A program made the position numbers and the translations under genes. DNA of 64,000 nt from positions 1,664,001 to 1,728,000 of the forward strand of contig OZ241857.1 of assembly GCA_965203315.1 (NCBI GenBank), in the 5' to 3' direction. This DNA comes from Nitrosopumilus sp. (GTDB taxonomy: Archaea; Thermoproteota; Nitrososphaeria; Nitrososphaerales; Nitrosopumilaceae). The notes beneath the pieces were generated by a model. The model saw nothing but the letters and a program-made list of their open reading frames with translations. It was not told the DNA's origin and made no database searches. Shown here one piece after another: positions 9,022-20,436 of the stretch (the first letter of the stretch is position 1; the number at the start of each line of letters is the position of its first letter).

Positions 9022-12000
9022 TTACTGAAATTTGGTCAGCTTGCCACTCTCTTCTGGTTGTGTAATGAACATGGCTCCGATCAACTTTAGTTCTGCTCGT
9101 TGTATGTCTTCTTTGATCTTGATCGGTTCTGTCTTTTCTTGTAGTCCGATAAACTCACTCATCTTTTTGATACTGGATACTAGGCTATCAATATCTTGCG
9201 TTCTGTCATAATCTAGTAGATACTCTCTGATATCGTCTTGCCATGCTCTAACATACTCTGATTTTATGATGTTTGTGACCTCTCGACCATCATCTTTTGT
9301 TATGTGGCCATTGATTGTAGCATCTATTATGATCTTTTTTATCTTTGAGACATCCTTGTCGTACTGTTGTCTCTTTTTGCCCACGCTCTCCTTTACATAC
9401 TGGATAATCTGATCATTCTTTCTATCTATTGCATCTCTTGCTTTTCTGTCGATATCTAGCAACATCTCGAATGACTCTTGATTATTGGGTCCATCCATTG
9501 GAAGATACGTTGGAGTATCTACATTACAAGATATCATGTTTATGGCTTCAAAGTCATCATCAGGTACATATGCCTTGTCTCTCGTACGATCATACACAAC
9601 AAAGTAGACTCGTCTCTCTGGTCTCTCTTGCAGATATCCGAGTATTGCATATCGACCTCTCTCTTGTTTACCACTACGCCTACCCATGGGTACCTCTTCC
9701 ATCTTGTCTATTCCTTTTTCCTTTATGTATCGACTAAGCTCGTTTATCGGTGACACTGCAGGCATTATGTCAGATTCGCGTTCCATGTCTTCGATTACCT
9801 TTGATGTGCCCTCTTTACCTGCAAGAATCTTGATCCTCTCTTTTATGGTCCCATTGAATTGTTTTGGTGTAGGCGTTGTTCCCAATACTTCAGAGTCTAG
9901 ACCCACCGTTTCGTTTACAGTTCCAATCTTCTCTATCAACTTTCCCATGATCTTTAAAATATTGTCTAGCTCTTTGTCTGGATAGCAGGCTCTTGTGTGT
10001 ATTGTATCGTATTCGCTGGTGAGTCTATCTACTCTACCTGTACGTTGAACTATTCTCATTGGATTCCACGGTAAATCATAGTTTATCACATAGTTACAAT
10101 CTTGGAGATTCTGTCCTTCAGACAAGACCTCTGTTGATACTAGGATATCGATCTCTTTTTCATCTAATATTTGATCCTCTAGTAGATTTGCTTTTGGAGC
10201 AAACATTCGTATGTATTTTTTTCTGACTTCTTGTTTTGTACTTCCAGTTATACATTCTATTTTATAATTCACAAATTTGTCTTGTAGTTCTTTTGTAATG
10301 TATTTCGCTGTAGTAACATATTCTGTAAATATCAGTACCTTTCTACTCTCTGTCTCTAGTGCTTTCTCTCGAAGTATTCTTTTTATGACCTCTTCGATCT
10401 TTGTATCTACTGTAATACGCTTTACACTATCTAGTAACTCTTCTAGTATTACGAGATCTTGATCAATATCTGACTTTAGTCTCTCGATATCATATGATTT
10501 GTGTATATTTTCCTTCTCTATCTTGTTTATCTCTTGTATAAAGAATTGGGTCTTTTCTTGATCGTCTGGATCAATATCAGTATCACCTTGTTCAATATCA
10601 TTCCATTTTGTTATTATCCTGTTAAAGTCTCGAACTCGTAGTATCTTTCCTTCGTCTAGTATATCTTTGACTTGCTTGTACAACATGACCTTGTTCTCTA
10701 TGCTTGTTTTACACGCAACTACACTACTCTCAAATCGTTTCAAAAGTAGTATCACTTGGAGATGAGCTACTATGCGATGTCTATTTTTTTCATCTTCTGA
10801 TAGATTTGTATTGTATCGTTCTATTCCGTATGGCGCCATCGTTAATTTTCCGATCTTGTCTAGAATCTCTTCAAAGACGTTTCCATATAGCTCACTCAAG
10901 CTGTACTCTATTGCAGCATAGCTGTGTTTTGGAAACTTTATCTCTCTGCCGTTTATTGTATCATCTTGATATACATCTTTGATGTATGATCTAGTTCGTC
11001 GTACCATTACTGTATCTAAGAGCTGTTGAATCTTTGTCAGTCCTTGAGTCAGACCCTCTTTGTTTGCAGCATCGCGCATGTGTTTGTACAGATCTGGAAT
11101 GCCAATCGTCTTGTAAAAGTAAGTGTCTTCTCCTCCAGTGATGATTGAGAGTTGATAGTATAGGTCCATGAGTGAGTTGTTTATTGGCGTAGCTGAGAGT
11201 AGTACTGCTTGTTTCTTCTTTCCTACTGACATTAATTTCATGAGATTCTTTCTACGGTTTGCCGTCTTTGATCTAAAGTTTTGACTTTCGTCTATTAGTA
11301 CTAGATCTATGTTTCTATACTTGACGAGATCATCTAGTATGATATCTCGTCCAAGTGACTCCATTGTCAGTTTCTCTCTGATATTGATATCTACCTCTTT
11401 TAGTTTCTCTTCCCACATGCTGTGTAATACTTGTGCTGGGGCTATCAGTAAGACCTTTTTGCCTTCTTTGAGTACCTTTTGTCGTAGTATCTCAATGCCG
11501 ATATTTGTTTTGCCAAGACCTGTCGCATCTGCAATTATTGTACCGCCATGATCTGCTACTATGAATAGTCCGGTTCTTACTGCATCTTGCTGAAACTTTG
11601 TAAGTGTCTTGCTAGAAATATCTCTCTCGTCTACCTTTGTTAATAGTGGTTTGAATCTCTCAAATAATAGTTTCATGTATACTTGATGTGGATTTGGCGG
11701 TACTCCAAACTTTGATTCTTTGAGTACACTGATGAGATCTTGTTTGGTATCTTTGGATTGATCCCACATTCGATCAAACCACTCTCTTGTAGTCTTGCTG
11801 ATTCCTGGTTGATACAGTCCTGCATTCAGTTCATAGTTTCCTACCATTCCTGCTGCTGTAAAGTTGCTTGAGCCAACAAAGACTGCATTGTCTCCTAGAA
11901 TGTAGCACTTGGAGTGATTGAACCTTCTCGTACCTTGTCTGACTTGGACGTTCTGCCTCTCTAAGAGTTTGATGAGGCTAGATATATCATTCATGGACTT

Positions 12001-12306
12001 TTGATCTAGATCGGTATCTTCTAGACTTGCCTTGAGAGATATCGATTCCTTGTATTGTTTAGCATATTCTTCAAATGTCTTCTCTGACGGTACGATCGCC
12101 TCCTTACCTAGTAATAGTCGTATCTCGAATGAATCTCTCTCTATTGCAGATTCAAGATTCTCTCGTAGCATTCCATATCCCTGTACGTTGAAATAACCTG
12201 TAGAGATGTCTAGATATCCAGCACTTGGGATCTCTGAGTTGAGAATCATTTGCATTGTATGTGGTTCTGTGTTGTCGATGATATCTCGCTTGATGCGTTC
12301 AGTCAT
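9022..12306 (-). CDS. PLD-family nuclease fused to SNF2-type SF2 helicase (defence-associated)
   Basis: HSKCYILGD..FVGSSNFT (HxK PLD motif); DATGLGKT (Walker A), DESQ (Walker B), SATPINN, SEGQNLQ, NYDLPWNP and QRTGRVDR. Start overlaps the upstream stop (ATGA). Confidence 0.9.
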   Translation of the reverse strand: MTERIKRDIIDNTEPHTMQMILNSEIPSAGYLDISTGYFNVQGYGMLRENLESAIERDSFEIRLLLGKEAIVPSEKTFEEYAKQYKESISLKASLEDTDLDQKSMNDISSLIKLLERQNVQVRQGTRRFNHSKCYILGDNAVFVGSSNFTAAGMVGNYELNAGLYQPGISKTTREWFDRMWDQSKDTKQDLISVLKESKFGVPPNPHQVYMKLLFERFKPLLTKVDERDISSKTLTKFQQDAVRTGLFIVADHGGTIIADATGLGKTNIGIEILRQKVLKEGKKVLLIAPAQVLHSMWEEKLKEVDINIREKLTMESLGRDIILDDLVKYRNIDLVLIDESQNFRSKTANRRKNLMKLMSVGKKKQAVLLSATPINNSLMDLYYQLSIITGGEDTYFYKTIGIPDLYKHMRDAANKEGLTQGLTKIQQLLDTVMVRRTRSYIKDVYQDDTINGREIKFPKHSYAAIEYSLSELYGNVFEEILDKIGKLTMAPYGIERYNTNLSEDEKNRHRIVAHLQVILLLKRFESSVVACKTSIENKVMLYKQVKDILDEGKILRVRDFNRIITKWNDIEQGDTDIDPDDQEKTQFFIQEINKIEKENIHKSYDIERLKSDIDQDLVILEELLDSVKRITVDTKIEEVIKRILREKALETESRKVLIFTEYVTTAKYITKELQDKFVNYKIECITGSTKQEVRKKYIRMFAPKANLLEDQILDEKEIDILVSTEVLSEGQNLQDCNYVINYDLPWNPMRIVQRTGRVDRLTSEYDTIHTRACYPDKELDNILKIMGKLIEKIGTVNETVGLDSEVLGTTPTPKQFNGTIKERIKILAGKEGTSKVIEDMERESDIMPAVSPINELSRYIKEKGIDKMEEVPMGRRSGKQERGRYAILGYLQERPERRVYFVVYDRTRDKAYVPDDDFEAINMISCNVDTPTYLPMDGPNNQESFEMLLDIDRKARDAIDRKNDQIIQYVKESVGKKRQQYDKDVSKIKKIIIDATINGHITKDDGREVTNIIKSEYVRAWQDDIREYLLDYDRTQDIDSLVSSIKKMSEFIGLQEKTEPIKIKEDIQRAELKLIGAMFITQPEESGKLTKFQ

Positions 12307-15300
12307 TGTGATATCGCCTCATAATATTCTAGTGCAAGTGCAGCCATCTCACCATAGAACTCTTTAATGTTCTTGTTATCCCAAACAATATCTTGCATCT
12401 CGTACAGCTGTTGGTTTCTCTTGAATAGTGGAAATGTATCGATTATTGTCTTGTACTCCTGTACAGTTAAACAGTACGAGTGTGCAACTAGAGCATCTAG
12501 TTCAGCAGTGACCTCGATCTTTTCTGCTGGTGTTAGTTTCTTGTTTTCTATGTGAAATATCTCAGCAAACTCCTCAAACTCTGGTGTGCCAACTAGAAGT
12601 TTTGTTGCAAGTTCAGCAATTTGTCTATCATGAACTGATTTTGGTAAAGGTAATGTTGATACAATGCTAGCTAGATTTGTCTGGTTTTTTGAACGAGATA
12701 TAAAATCAAATGTTAATGAATTCAACACTCCACACAAATATGAAATTTTTCTATGATATTCTGAATCTAAAATAATCTTTTCGTATTTTTTTAGAATAAC
12801 AGAACGTAAAGAATTTGAATGAAATGTATTCTGAGATATAATGGTAGATATGCATGTACGCATATTTGTGGGACTTGTAATGTTGCGAAAAATTAGTCTG
12901 TACGAGTTATGAATCTCTTTACACTTACCTAAAAATGCTTTTACTCCATTTAGTCTATCTAATCCTTTCTTTTTGTTTGATGCGAATTGTGGCCTAGCCC
13001 ATTCTTGTGTATATTGATGTATGTTTTTACCTTCAAATACTAACCAGCCTTTCCCATCTTCTGACAAGAGATCGGAGTCGTTTGTTTTATGAAATTCACT
13101 TACAAGCTTAACCTGCCATCCGTCTTTTAGATTTGATAATGATAATTTTGTTTGTGATAACTTTTGAAATATATTTGATTGAGTACCTATTATTTCTGGT
13201 ATTGTATATTCTTCTGGAGATGTTTCTATAATTGTTTTCTTAGATAACGTACCGAATTTCTCTTGTTCTCTAGAATGGTCTTCTAGTGAGTCAAGGTAAT
13301 GTATATAAAACCCAGCTGGGAACTGTCCTGTCCTGTCCTGTCCTGTCCTGTCCTGTCCTGTCCTGTCCTGTCCTGTCCTGTCCTGTCCTGTCCTGTCCTG
13401 TCCTGTCCTGTCCTGTCCTGTCCTGTCCTGTCCTGTCCTGTCCTGTCCTGTCCTGTCCTGTCCTGTCCTGTCCTGTCCTGTCCTGTCCTGTCCTGTCCTG
13501 TCCTGTCCTGTCCTGTCCTGTCCTGTCCTGTCCTGTCCTGTCCTGTCCTGTCCTGTCCTGTCCTGTCCTGTCCTGTCCTGTCCTGTCCTGTCCTGTCCTG
13601 TCCTGTCCTGTCCTGTCCTGTCCTGTCCTGTCCTGTCCTGTCCTGTCCTGTCCTGTCCTGTATAGTTAATAACAAAAATCGATAACTTGAATGAATATTG
13701 AATATCTTTTTTCTATTTTCAAATACATACATTGAGATGATATCTCTTTCAAGTATGTACTTACGAAGATTTATGCCACCTGGGATGGTAAGGAGTTGTG
13801 CCGGAATTAATATTGAAACGATACCATTTTCTGTAGTGAGATATAACGTCCGTTCTAGTATGAGTTTCCATAAATCATTATCCCCTGTTCCTTGTAGTGA
13901 AAATATGTTATAAAACAATGATTTTTCTCTTATTTGTTTTTCATACAAGTCCCACAATCTTTTAATATTATGTTCTTTGAGAAGATCTTTTTTTCTCTCT
14001 TTCTTTTTGACATTCGGTTTTAGATCCTTAAATGTGGGATCAATTGGAGTAAAAAACTCGTCATCGCTAGGCTTTACTTTCTCCCAGGGGGGGTTGCCAA
14101 CTATGCAATCAAAGCCTCGTCTAGAGTCAGTAAATGCGTCATTGAACTCGAGCTCCCAATGAAAGAATCTGTGGCGCTCTGCTAGATCATTTACAATTTT
14201 TTGGGCCTTTGCAATATCATTTGACTTGTCATATATGCCAAACCGATGAATAAACTCTGACTTTGCTTTCTTTGGCAGAATCTTTGGTTCAATCTTTGAT
14301 GCGGTTAATGCATCTAGGACATTTCTGTTTGGTTCTATTGATTTGATGTATTCGTTATACTTGTCCTCACTCTCATGAACTTGCTGTATTGTCACATCTG
14401 AACTTGAGACAATATCGTGCATCATCTTTGTCGACTCATTGCTAAGAGTATAGTCATCTAGAGACGTATTCTGCTTATCATCCAGATCATCAAGAAACAT
14501 TCCTATCGTAGAGTCGCCTACTTTGAGATGATGATCCATATACGTCAGCGGAACACCAATTGCAAAGGAATCTAACCACAATGACAGCTTGGCTAGATCT
14601 ACTGCCATTGGATTTATGTCGACTCCAAATATGCACCGTTTCATTATTTTACGTTTGAGCAGTACATCTGGAGTTAGCAGATTCTCATCAATTGTAACTC
14701 CTTTCTTGTTCTGCTCTTCTAGTACTCTCTTTCTATCCCGTTCTATCTCATCTAGTAGAGGATGATCTGGATGTTTTTCTAACGTATCTGTGACCCATGA
14801 TGTGATTCTGTTTAATGCTTCAACTAGAAAGTGACCACTGCCCATTGCTGGGTCTAGTACCTGAATATCTAACAGTCTGTCCATACATATCTGTAGATTT
14901 TTTGCAGTCTTGTTCTTCTTGTATTGTTTGATATCTTTGTCAATCAACTCTTCACGTTCTGCAAAGATTGGACCCAGTCCCTGTTTTACCAAAAATTTTA
15001 CAATCTTTTCTGGTGTGTAATAACTTGCAGATGTCTTGCGTGATACAATTCCACTCTTTGATGCAAGATAGAGATCATTCTTTTTGTACGAATAGGTGGA
15101 CTCTTGCTTTGTCTTGACCTGTCGAACTCCTTTACTGTCTTCAAGTAATGCAATATCCTCTTTTGCTTGTTTTGGCTCGTACTCTAATAGTCGCTCAAAT
15201 ACACTGCCCAAATGCCTGACCGTTAAACCGGTATAGTCTAATGTCTCGCCATCTCGTTCTAATAGTCCACGTAGTGCACTCGCAATGAATCGATTTTGAA

Positions 15301-16594
15301 TGTGTAGTTCATCTCCAGCCTTACCTATCTTGAATAGATCCCCGTTATACTGTGGCAGATTGTGTTTTGGACTGCCCTTTCTAACTGCTGTAAATAATTC
15401 TAGTAACGCATCCCAACAATCTGTACCTTTTGGATTCTGTTCATACGAATCCAAGTGATTACGAATAGATTGTAGTGATATGGGCTTGTACTTTTCGTCC
15501 CTTGTAGGCAAAAGATTTTTGGCTTCAGCATATGCCAAAAACCAAACTCTATACATGATTCTCAGTGCAGACTGTTTTGCAACCGCTAGCTCGTCTGATC
15601 TGAATGTCTTTTTACCGTCATGATCCAGTACTCCTTTAATGATATCCAAGAATAGTCCTTTTGGACTCATTATCTTCTCTGCAAGATTCTCCTCCAGATC
15701 TCTCGAATGCTCTTTACTCTCCTCAAAGAATAACTCGATGTCTCTCTTTCCATCTATCTCTTCAAAGGTATTAGCACCAAACATAATTATCAGATATCGA
15801 GTTACTGATTCACGTGCATCATCGAGATTTATCTCAAAATAGTTTGTACTGGTCGCTGATATCTTGCTAGAGTACAAACGCCACCTCTTACCATTTGTTA
15901 GTATAGACCACTCTTTCTCAGAGAGAGACGAGACAGCTGTATAACTTGGTGTCACCTCATTGTCAGTCTTTCTTATGTTAAAGTCCTCTTGATCTGTTAT
16001 GGTTATTGCCACTTTGTCGTATGACTCTTTTGTCATATCCCAACCAAGTGCTTCTAGTATCTCTCTAACACTTGATCCAATCTTTTGTTTAACTTTGGGT
16101 AAGATATCATCTACATCTTGTCGTGTATCTTGAAAGATTCTGCTACGAAGATAATGTGTTGCAAATAGTCCGCGATTATCAAAGTCTCCAGTAGTATTTG
16201 GGATTGCATTAATTGATTGCTTTATTCCTATCTTTAGATCAAACTCGTCTGCAGCATCTGTAATTCCGTTGGATTTTAGTACACTTGCAATTCGTTCATA
16301 CTCGAATCTATTTTCTAATCTAGTTATGTGACTCTCTCCAGAAGACTTGAGAAACAGTGCTCCGAGTTCTTGTACAATTACTATACAGTCCTCAAAGTTA
16401 ATCAGTGCTTTCTTTACTTCTGATATCTTTTTTGGTCCATTATTGATCAGTATGATTGGAATCTCTTTGGTAGGATTGTCGTGATTCAAACTATAACACA
16501 ACCAGTCTTCTGCCAGTGGAATCTCTCGTTTTGCTATCAGATCTACTCCTATGGACTCTAGTAGAATCTGTTGTTCTGTATTCATAACGATCAC
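12303..16594 (-). pseudogene. Type IIG/Eco57I-like N6-adenine DNA methyltransferase, frameshifted at an internal pentanucleotide repeat (likely phase-variable, OFF allele)
   Basis: SYYTP, DPAMGSGHFL, GVDINPMAV, FHWELEF and GNPPW in ORF 13283..16594. A second frame is open from the repeat (QFPAGFYIH...SPEEYTIPE...) through ORF 12303..13067, the target-recognition-like C-terminus. Confidence 0.9.
13323..13661. repeat. Perfect microsatellite (CTGTC)67 + CTGT; (GACAG)n on the coding strand
   Basis: 339 bp uninterrupted 5-bp period inside the methyltransferase gene. Confidence 0.98.
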
Positions 16595-16711
16595 TTGTGT
16601 CTCCTAATCGATCCTCTCATATCTAATCTATTCATCATCTGGAATTACCACTTCTTGAAATTCATCACTTAGAATACTAAACAATCCAAGTCTTATAAGC
16701 ATCTGATCTCC

Positions 16712-17275
16712 TCAATACCATCCTGAGTATATCTCTCGCGTCCCTGTGATACTGCGTTGGCGAGGCTTTTTAAGTATGAACTCTCTTATTTTTAGATCCA
16801 TCTCTTTCGTGTTTCTAACATCCGAAATAGTTACTAGATTATTTGCTGACTCTATATTCTCTGATATCAAACGCTTAGTCTTTCTATGCAAGTTCATGCC
16901 CATATCCCTAATGTAGACTTCTAAATAGGCATCTGAAATACCATCTCTAACTGCAAAAGACTCATGTTCTTTTACCCACAAAAAATATCTCTGCGTTAGC
17001 AATGGTACCATCTCTATCTCTGGTTCTATACGCATATCTCGTGCCATCATGGCTATTCTCTCGATAAACGAGCCATGAAATTCATATAGCAGTCCTTCAT
17101 TCTCCCAGAATCTTACTGTATATCTTAGTCTATCTTCAGTTGCGTTGGCGTATCGGCGATCTACATACCTGCTCAATCTTTTAGCTATATCTTTGGACTT
17201 TTCTTTACGCAATTTAACATAACTGCAAACTTCAGCTCCTTCATGCTTGCATGACTTCATACTCGTTTTAATCAT
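16712..17275 (-). CDS. Hypothetical protein
   Basis: 187-aa ORF upstream of and co-oriented with the methyltransferase; no motif recognised. Confidence 0.6.
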   Translation of the reverse strand: MIKTSMKSCKHEGAEVCSYVKLRKEKSKDIAKRLSRYVDRRYANATEDRLRYTVRFWENEGLLYEFHGSFIERIAMMARDMRIEPEIEMVPLLTQRYFLWVKEHESFAVRDGISDAYLEVYIRDMGMNLHRKTKRLISENIESANNLVTISDVRNTKEMDLKIREFILKKPRQRSITGTREIYSGWY

Positions 17276-17434
17276 GGGTGCTTATTTATTAATATTCAAG
17301 AGATTTAGGTTTCCATAAATGGGGTGATATCTTGTATACTTGCCCAGATTTTATGGGATTACATTATGTCAAATCAAGATAACAAACACACTCAAAACTA
17401 TATTACAACGAGTCTGATATGATCTGCTAAAGAT

Positions 17435-18193
17435 ATGAGTGATGTACAACGACTATTGGCAGAAATTCAAACTGCAATAAGAGACACTGTACATACAAGA
17501 AAGATTGGAATTGCATTTTCTGGTGGTGTAGACAGTACATTATTGGCCAAGCTATGTGATGCAAACTATGATCCAACTTTACTGACCATAGGATTTGCAG
17601 AGTCTCATGATATGTTATTTGCAGCTCAGGTCGGCAAACTCTTAGAACTATCACATCATACACTAGAGATCGATCCTGATACATTTGGCAACATAGCATC
17701 TCACGTGTGTAAAAGAATACCACAGGATAATATTTCTTGGCAAGAGAACGGTATTGCATTTTATTATGTCTCAAAACTAGCAGCAAGTTTGGATCTTGAC
17801 GTGGTAATTACCGCAAACGGAATAGATGAACTCTTTTGTGGGTATAATGCTTATCTCCAAGCTTTTGATCTAGGCGAAGCTGCGATTCTAGAGATGATGG
17901 ATAATAAATTAACAAACGAGGTTGATATGATGAAGGCTATAGATACAGTTACATCAGAGTTTGGCGTCAAGCTGATACAACCACTACTTGGAGATCGATT
18001 TATAGAATTTGCAAAGACTCTTCCGATATACGACAAGATACAGAGCTCAGATGATCTATACAGGAAACATATTATTCGTAGATTGGCAAAAGAGGTAGGC
18101 GTTCCTGCCATGTCTTATACAAAGCGAAAGAAGGCATTACAATATGGAACAAAGATACACAAGAATCTATTAAAGTTTAAGAAAGCCTCTTGA
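17435..18193 (+). CDS. Asparagine synthase C-terminal-domain (PP-loop) protein
   Basis: AFSGGVDS PP-loop, G.DELFCGY and KKALQYGT motifs. Confidence 0.88.
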   Translation: MSDVQRLLAEIQTAIRDTVHTRKIGIAFSGGVDSTLLAKLCDANYDPTLLTIGFAESHDMLFAAQVGKLLELSHHTLEIDPDTFGNIASHVCKRIPQDNISWQENGIAFYYVSKLAASLDLDVVITANGIDELFCGYNAYLQAFDLGEAAILEMMDNKLTNEVDMMKAIDTVTSEFGVKLIQPLLGDRFIEFAKTLPIYDKIQSSDDLYRKHIIRRLAKEVGVPAMSYTKRKKALQYGTKIHKNLLKFKKAS

Positions 18194-19538
18194 CTGTTCG
18201 TTTGACTCTCTTGTTTACATTTTGAATTATCTTCAATGATGCACCGAGGTGACTATCTGGTACAAATATGTCGTCTATCTCTTTATGATCAAGATATGAT
18301 GCTATCACACTATCACTCTTTATCGCATCTCTGTATTGTGTATTGTTCTTTATGGCATCAAATGCGACTCGTTGTACATCACGATATGCTACAAATCTGG
18401 CAACCCCTTTCTTGATTAGTGCCTCTAGTACAAACTCTGCATATATCTGACCGCCGGTTATGTCTAAATTTGCGCGTATTCTTGATTCATTTACTATGAG
18501 ATTTGAGACTACCCTGATCATCGTCTCCAACATATCGTCTGTTAGGATAGATACGGTTGGAATGATGAATCTCTCGTTTGCAGAGTTTGAGAGATCTCGT
18601 TCATGCCATAGTGGAATATTCTCAAATGCGACTCCGACATAACTGCGTAATATCTTTGATAGTGATGACACTCGTTCACTCTTGATGGGGTTTCGTTTTA
18701 CAGGTACAGCGCTACTCCCCATCTGACCTTTTTTAAACTGCTCAGTCACTTCTCCTATCTCTGTACGCTGTAGATTTCTAATCTCTATTGCAATCTTTTC
18801 AAGTGTTGAGCCAATTAGCGCCATCTCGAATACAAACTCGGCATATCTCTCTCGAGGAACCAACTGGGTTGCAACTTCGGCCGGATATAGATTCAATTGA
18901 TCAGCAACTCTCTGTTGTACATCGAGTGCTTTTGCGCCCATCAATGATCCAGTTCCTACAACACCTAGTGTCTTGCATATGAGAATACGTTTTTCGATCT
19001 CTTCTATGCGTTCTAGATGACTCGTCATCTCTGCTGCCCAGTTTGCAAACTTTAAACCAAATGATATGATACTTGCATGTTGTCCGTGTGTTCTACCTAC
19101 TGCTGGTAGGCTCTTGTACTGTACTGCCATATCTGCAAGTGTGGTTGCAATCTTTATGATCTTTGGTCGTATTACCTCTAGAGCGTCTCGCATCTGTAGC
19201 GAGTTACTCGTATCTACTAGATCATTACTAGTCAATCCATAATGTATCCATGGTCGTGCGTTCTTGGCACATCTCTCACTCAATGATTCTATTAGAGCTG
19301 CTGTATCGTGGTCACTCTTTGCTTCAAGCTGTTTGATTCGTCTAACTGTTATCTCTTTAGCATTTGCAATTTTATGAATCTCAACTCCCACCCAGTTTGG
19401 AATTATGCCCAACTCACTCTGTGATAGAGCTACTGCACCCTCAATCTCTAACTGATAATCAATCTTTTGCTGTTCGCCAAATATGGCAAGCATCTCTTTT
19501 GTTCCATATCTTCCACTATCTATTGGTAGAATTGCCAA
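18177..19538 (-). CDS. purB: Adenylosuccinate lyase
   Basis: HYGLTSND, GRTHGQHA and GSSAVPVKRNP signatures. TTG at 19538 is the likely start (ORF track 19556). Confidence 0.95.
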   Translation of the reverse strand: MAILPIDSGRYGTKEMLAIFGEQQKIDYQLEIEGAVALSQSELGIIPNWVGVEIHKIANAKEITVRRIKQLEAKSDHDTAALIESLSERCAKNARPWIHYGLTSNDLVDTSNSLQMRDALEVIRPKIIKIATTLADMAVQYKSLPAVGRTHGQHASIISFGLKFANWAAEMTSHLERIEEIEKRILICKTLGVVGTGSLMGAKALDVQQRVADQLNLYPAEVATQLVPRERYAEFVFEMALIGSTLEKIAIEIRNLQRTEIGEVTEQFKKGQMGSSAVPVKRNPIKSERVSSLSKILRSYVGVAFENIPLWHERDLSNSANERFIIPTVSILTDDMLETMIRVVSNLIVNESRIRANLDITGGQIYAEFVLEALIKKGVARFVAYRDVQRVAFDAIKNNTQYRDAIKSDSVIASYLDHKEIDDIFVPDSHLGASLKIIQNVNKRVKRTVKRLS

Positions 19539-19665
19539 CAAATCTACAATATACACATTTAAAATAAATCTACTGAATTTAGTATCTGGAAAATTCTACG
19601 TACGCGTTACATATTTGTTGTTGATCTGTTTAGGTATGTTTACTGTATACATTACCAGTACCTAC

Positions 19666-19863
19666 TCATCGTCTTGATTTTTTAATGGTCGCAATCTTTT
19701 TCTGAGATCTAGGCTCTTTGGTCTTTACTCTTGATTTGTCTACCTTTCCTTCACGCTTTGTTGTCTTGCCACTACGACGTGCCGCTCGTGAAGTCTTTAT
19801 TCTGATCTCTTCTTGTCTCTTTTGCTCTTCAATCTCTTCATCAGATGCTCTCCTTCGTACCAT
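19666..19863 (-). CDS. Small basic hypothetical protein
   Basis: 65-aa K/R-rich ORF with ATG start and upstream TTTAACTATA-like box. Confidence 0.6.
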   Translation of the reverse strand: MVRRRASDEEIEEQKRQEEIRIKTSRAARRSGKTTKREGKVDKSRVKTKEPRSQKKIATIKKSRR

Positions 19864-20003
19864 ACATCTGATCTAATCATCTTATAGTTAAATATGTCTG
19901 AGATCAAATTCTATTTATATTATAACAACTCGAAATCTAAACGATGTTGTTTGGAGATGCTAGAATCTAATTATCAAATAATGTTTGTTGGTGAGATATA
20001 CAG

Positions 20004-20276
20004 ATGACCTTTACTTCTTCTGAGACCGACGCACTCCGTACTCTAAAAATGCTGTTTGAATTGGTAGATAAAGAAGGACCATTTCTTGAAGAAGAACCTA
20101 GAAACAAATTTGAGCGATTGGTGTCTAGTTTGACTAAAACTCAGAGATTATGGATGGTTCATTATCTAATAGTTACCATCCAAAACTTTCTCGAATATGC
20201 GGACAAGGAAGAGCGTGACATCATATTGGATCAGATATTAGAGTTTCCATTCGAGTTGGAAGATGAAGATAAATAG
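20004..20276 (+). CDS. Hypothetical protein
   Basis: 90-aa ORF with ATG start and protein-like composition. Confidence 0.55.
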   Translation: MTFTSSETDALRTLKMLFELVDKEGPFLEEEPRNKFERLVSSLTKTQRLWMVHYLIVTIQNFLEYADKEERDIILDQILEFPFELEDEDK

Positions 20277-20436
20277 GATCACTTGCTATTCGATCAAACA
20301 TGTTCAAAACAATAAACCCTCCATACTATACTAGTCATCTAGATATGATCTGTCATTTAAGGAGATCATACATGATAAACTCTGCCTACGACTCTTCTGA
20401 TACTTTAAATTGGATTGCTAATCCACTCTACCGATA

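Noticed and set aside
13323-13661. Repeat as a CRISPR array
   Set aside because: Pure 5-bp period with no spacers.
13286-13685. Plus-strand ORFs of (VLSCP)n
   Set aside because: Antisense read-through of the stop-free microsatellite; no independent evidence of coding.
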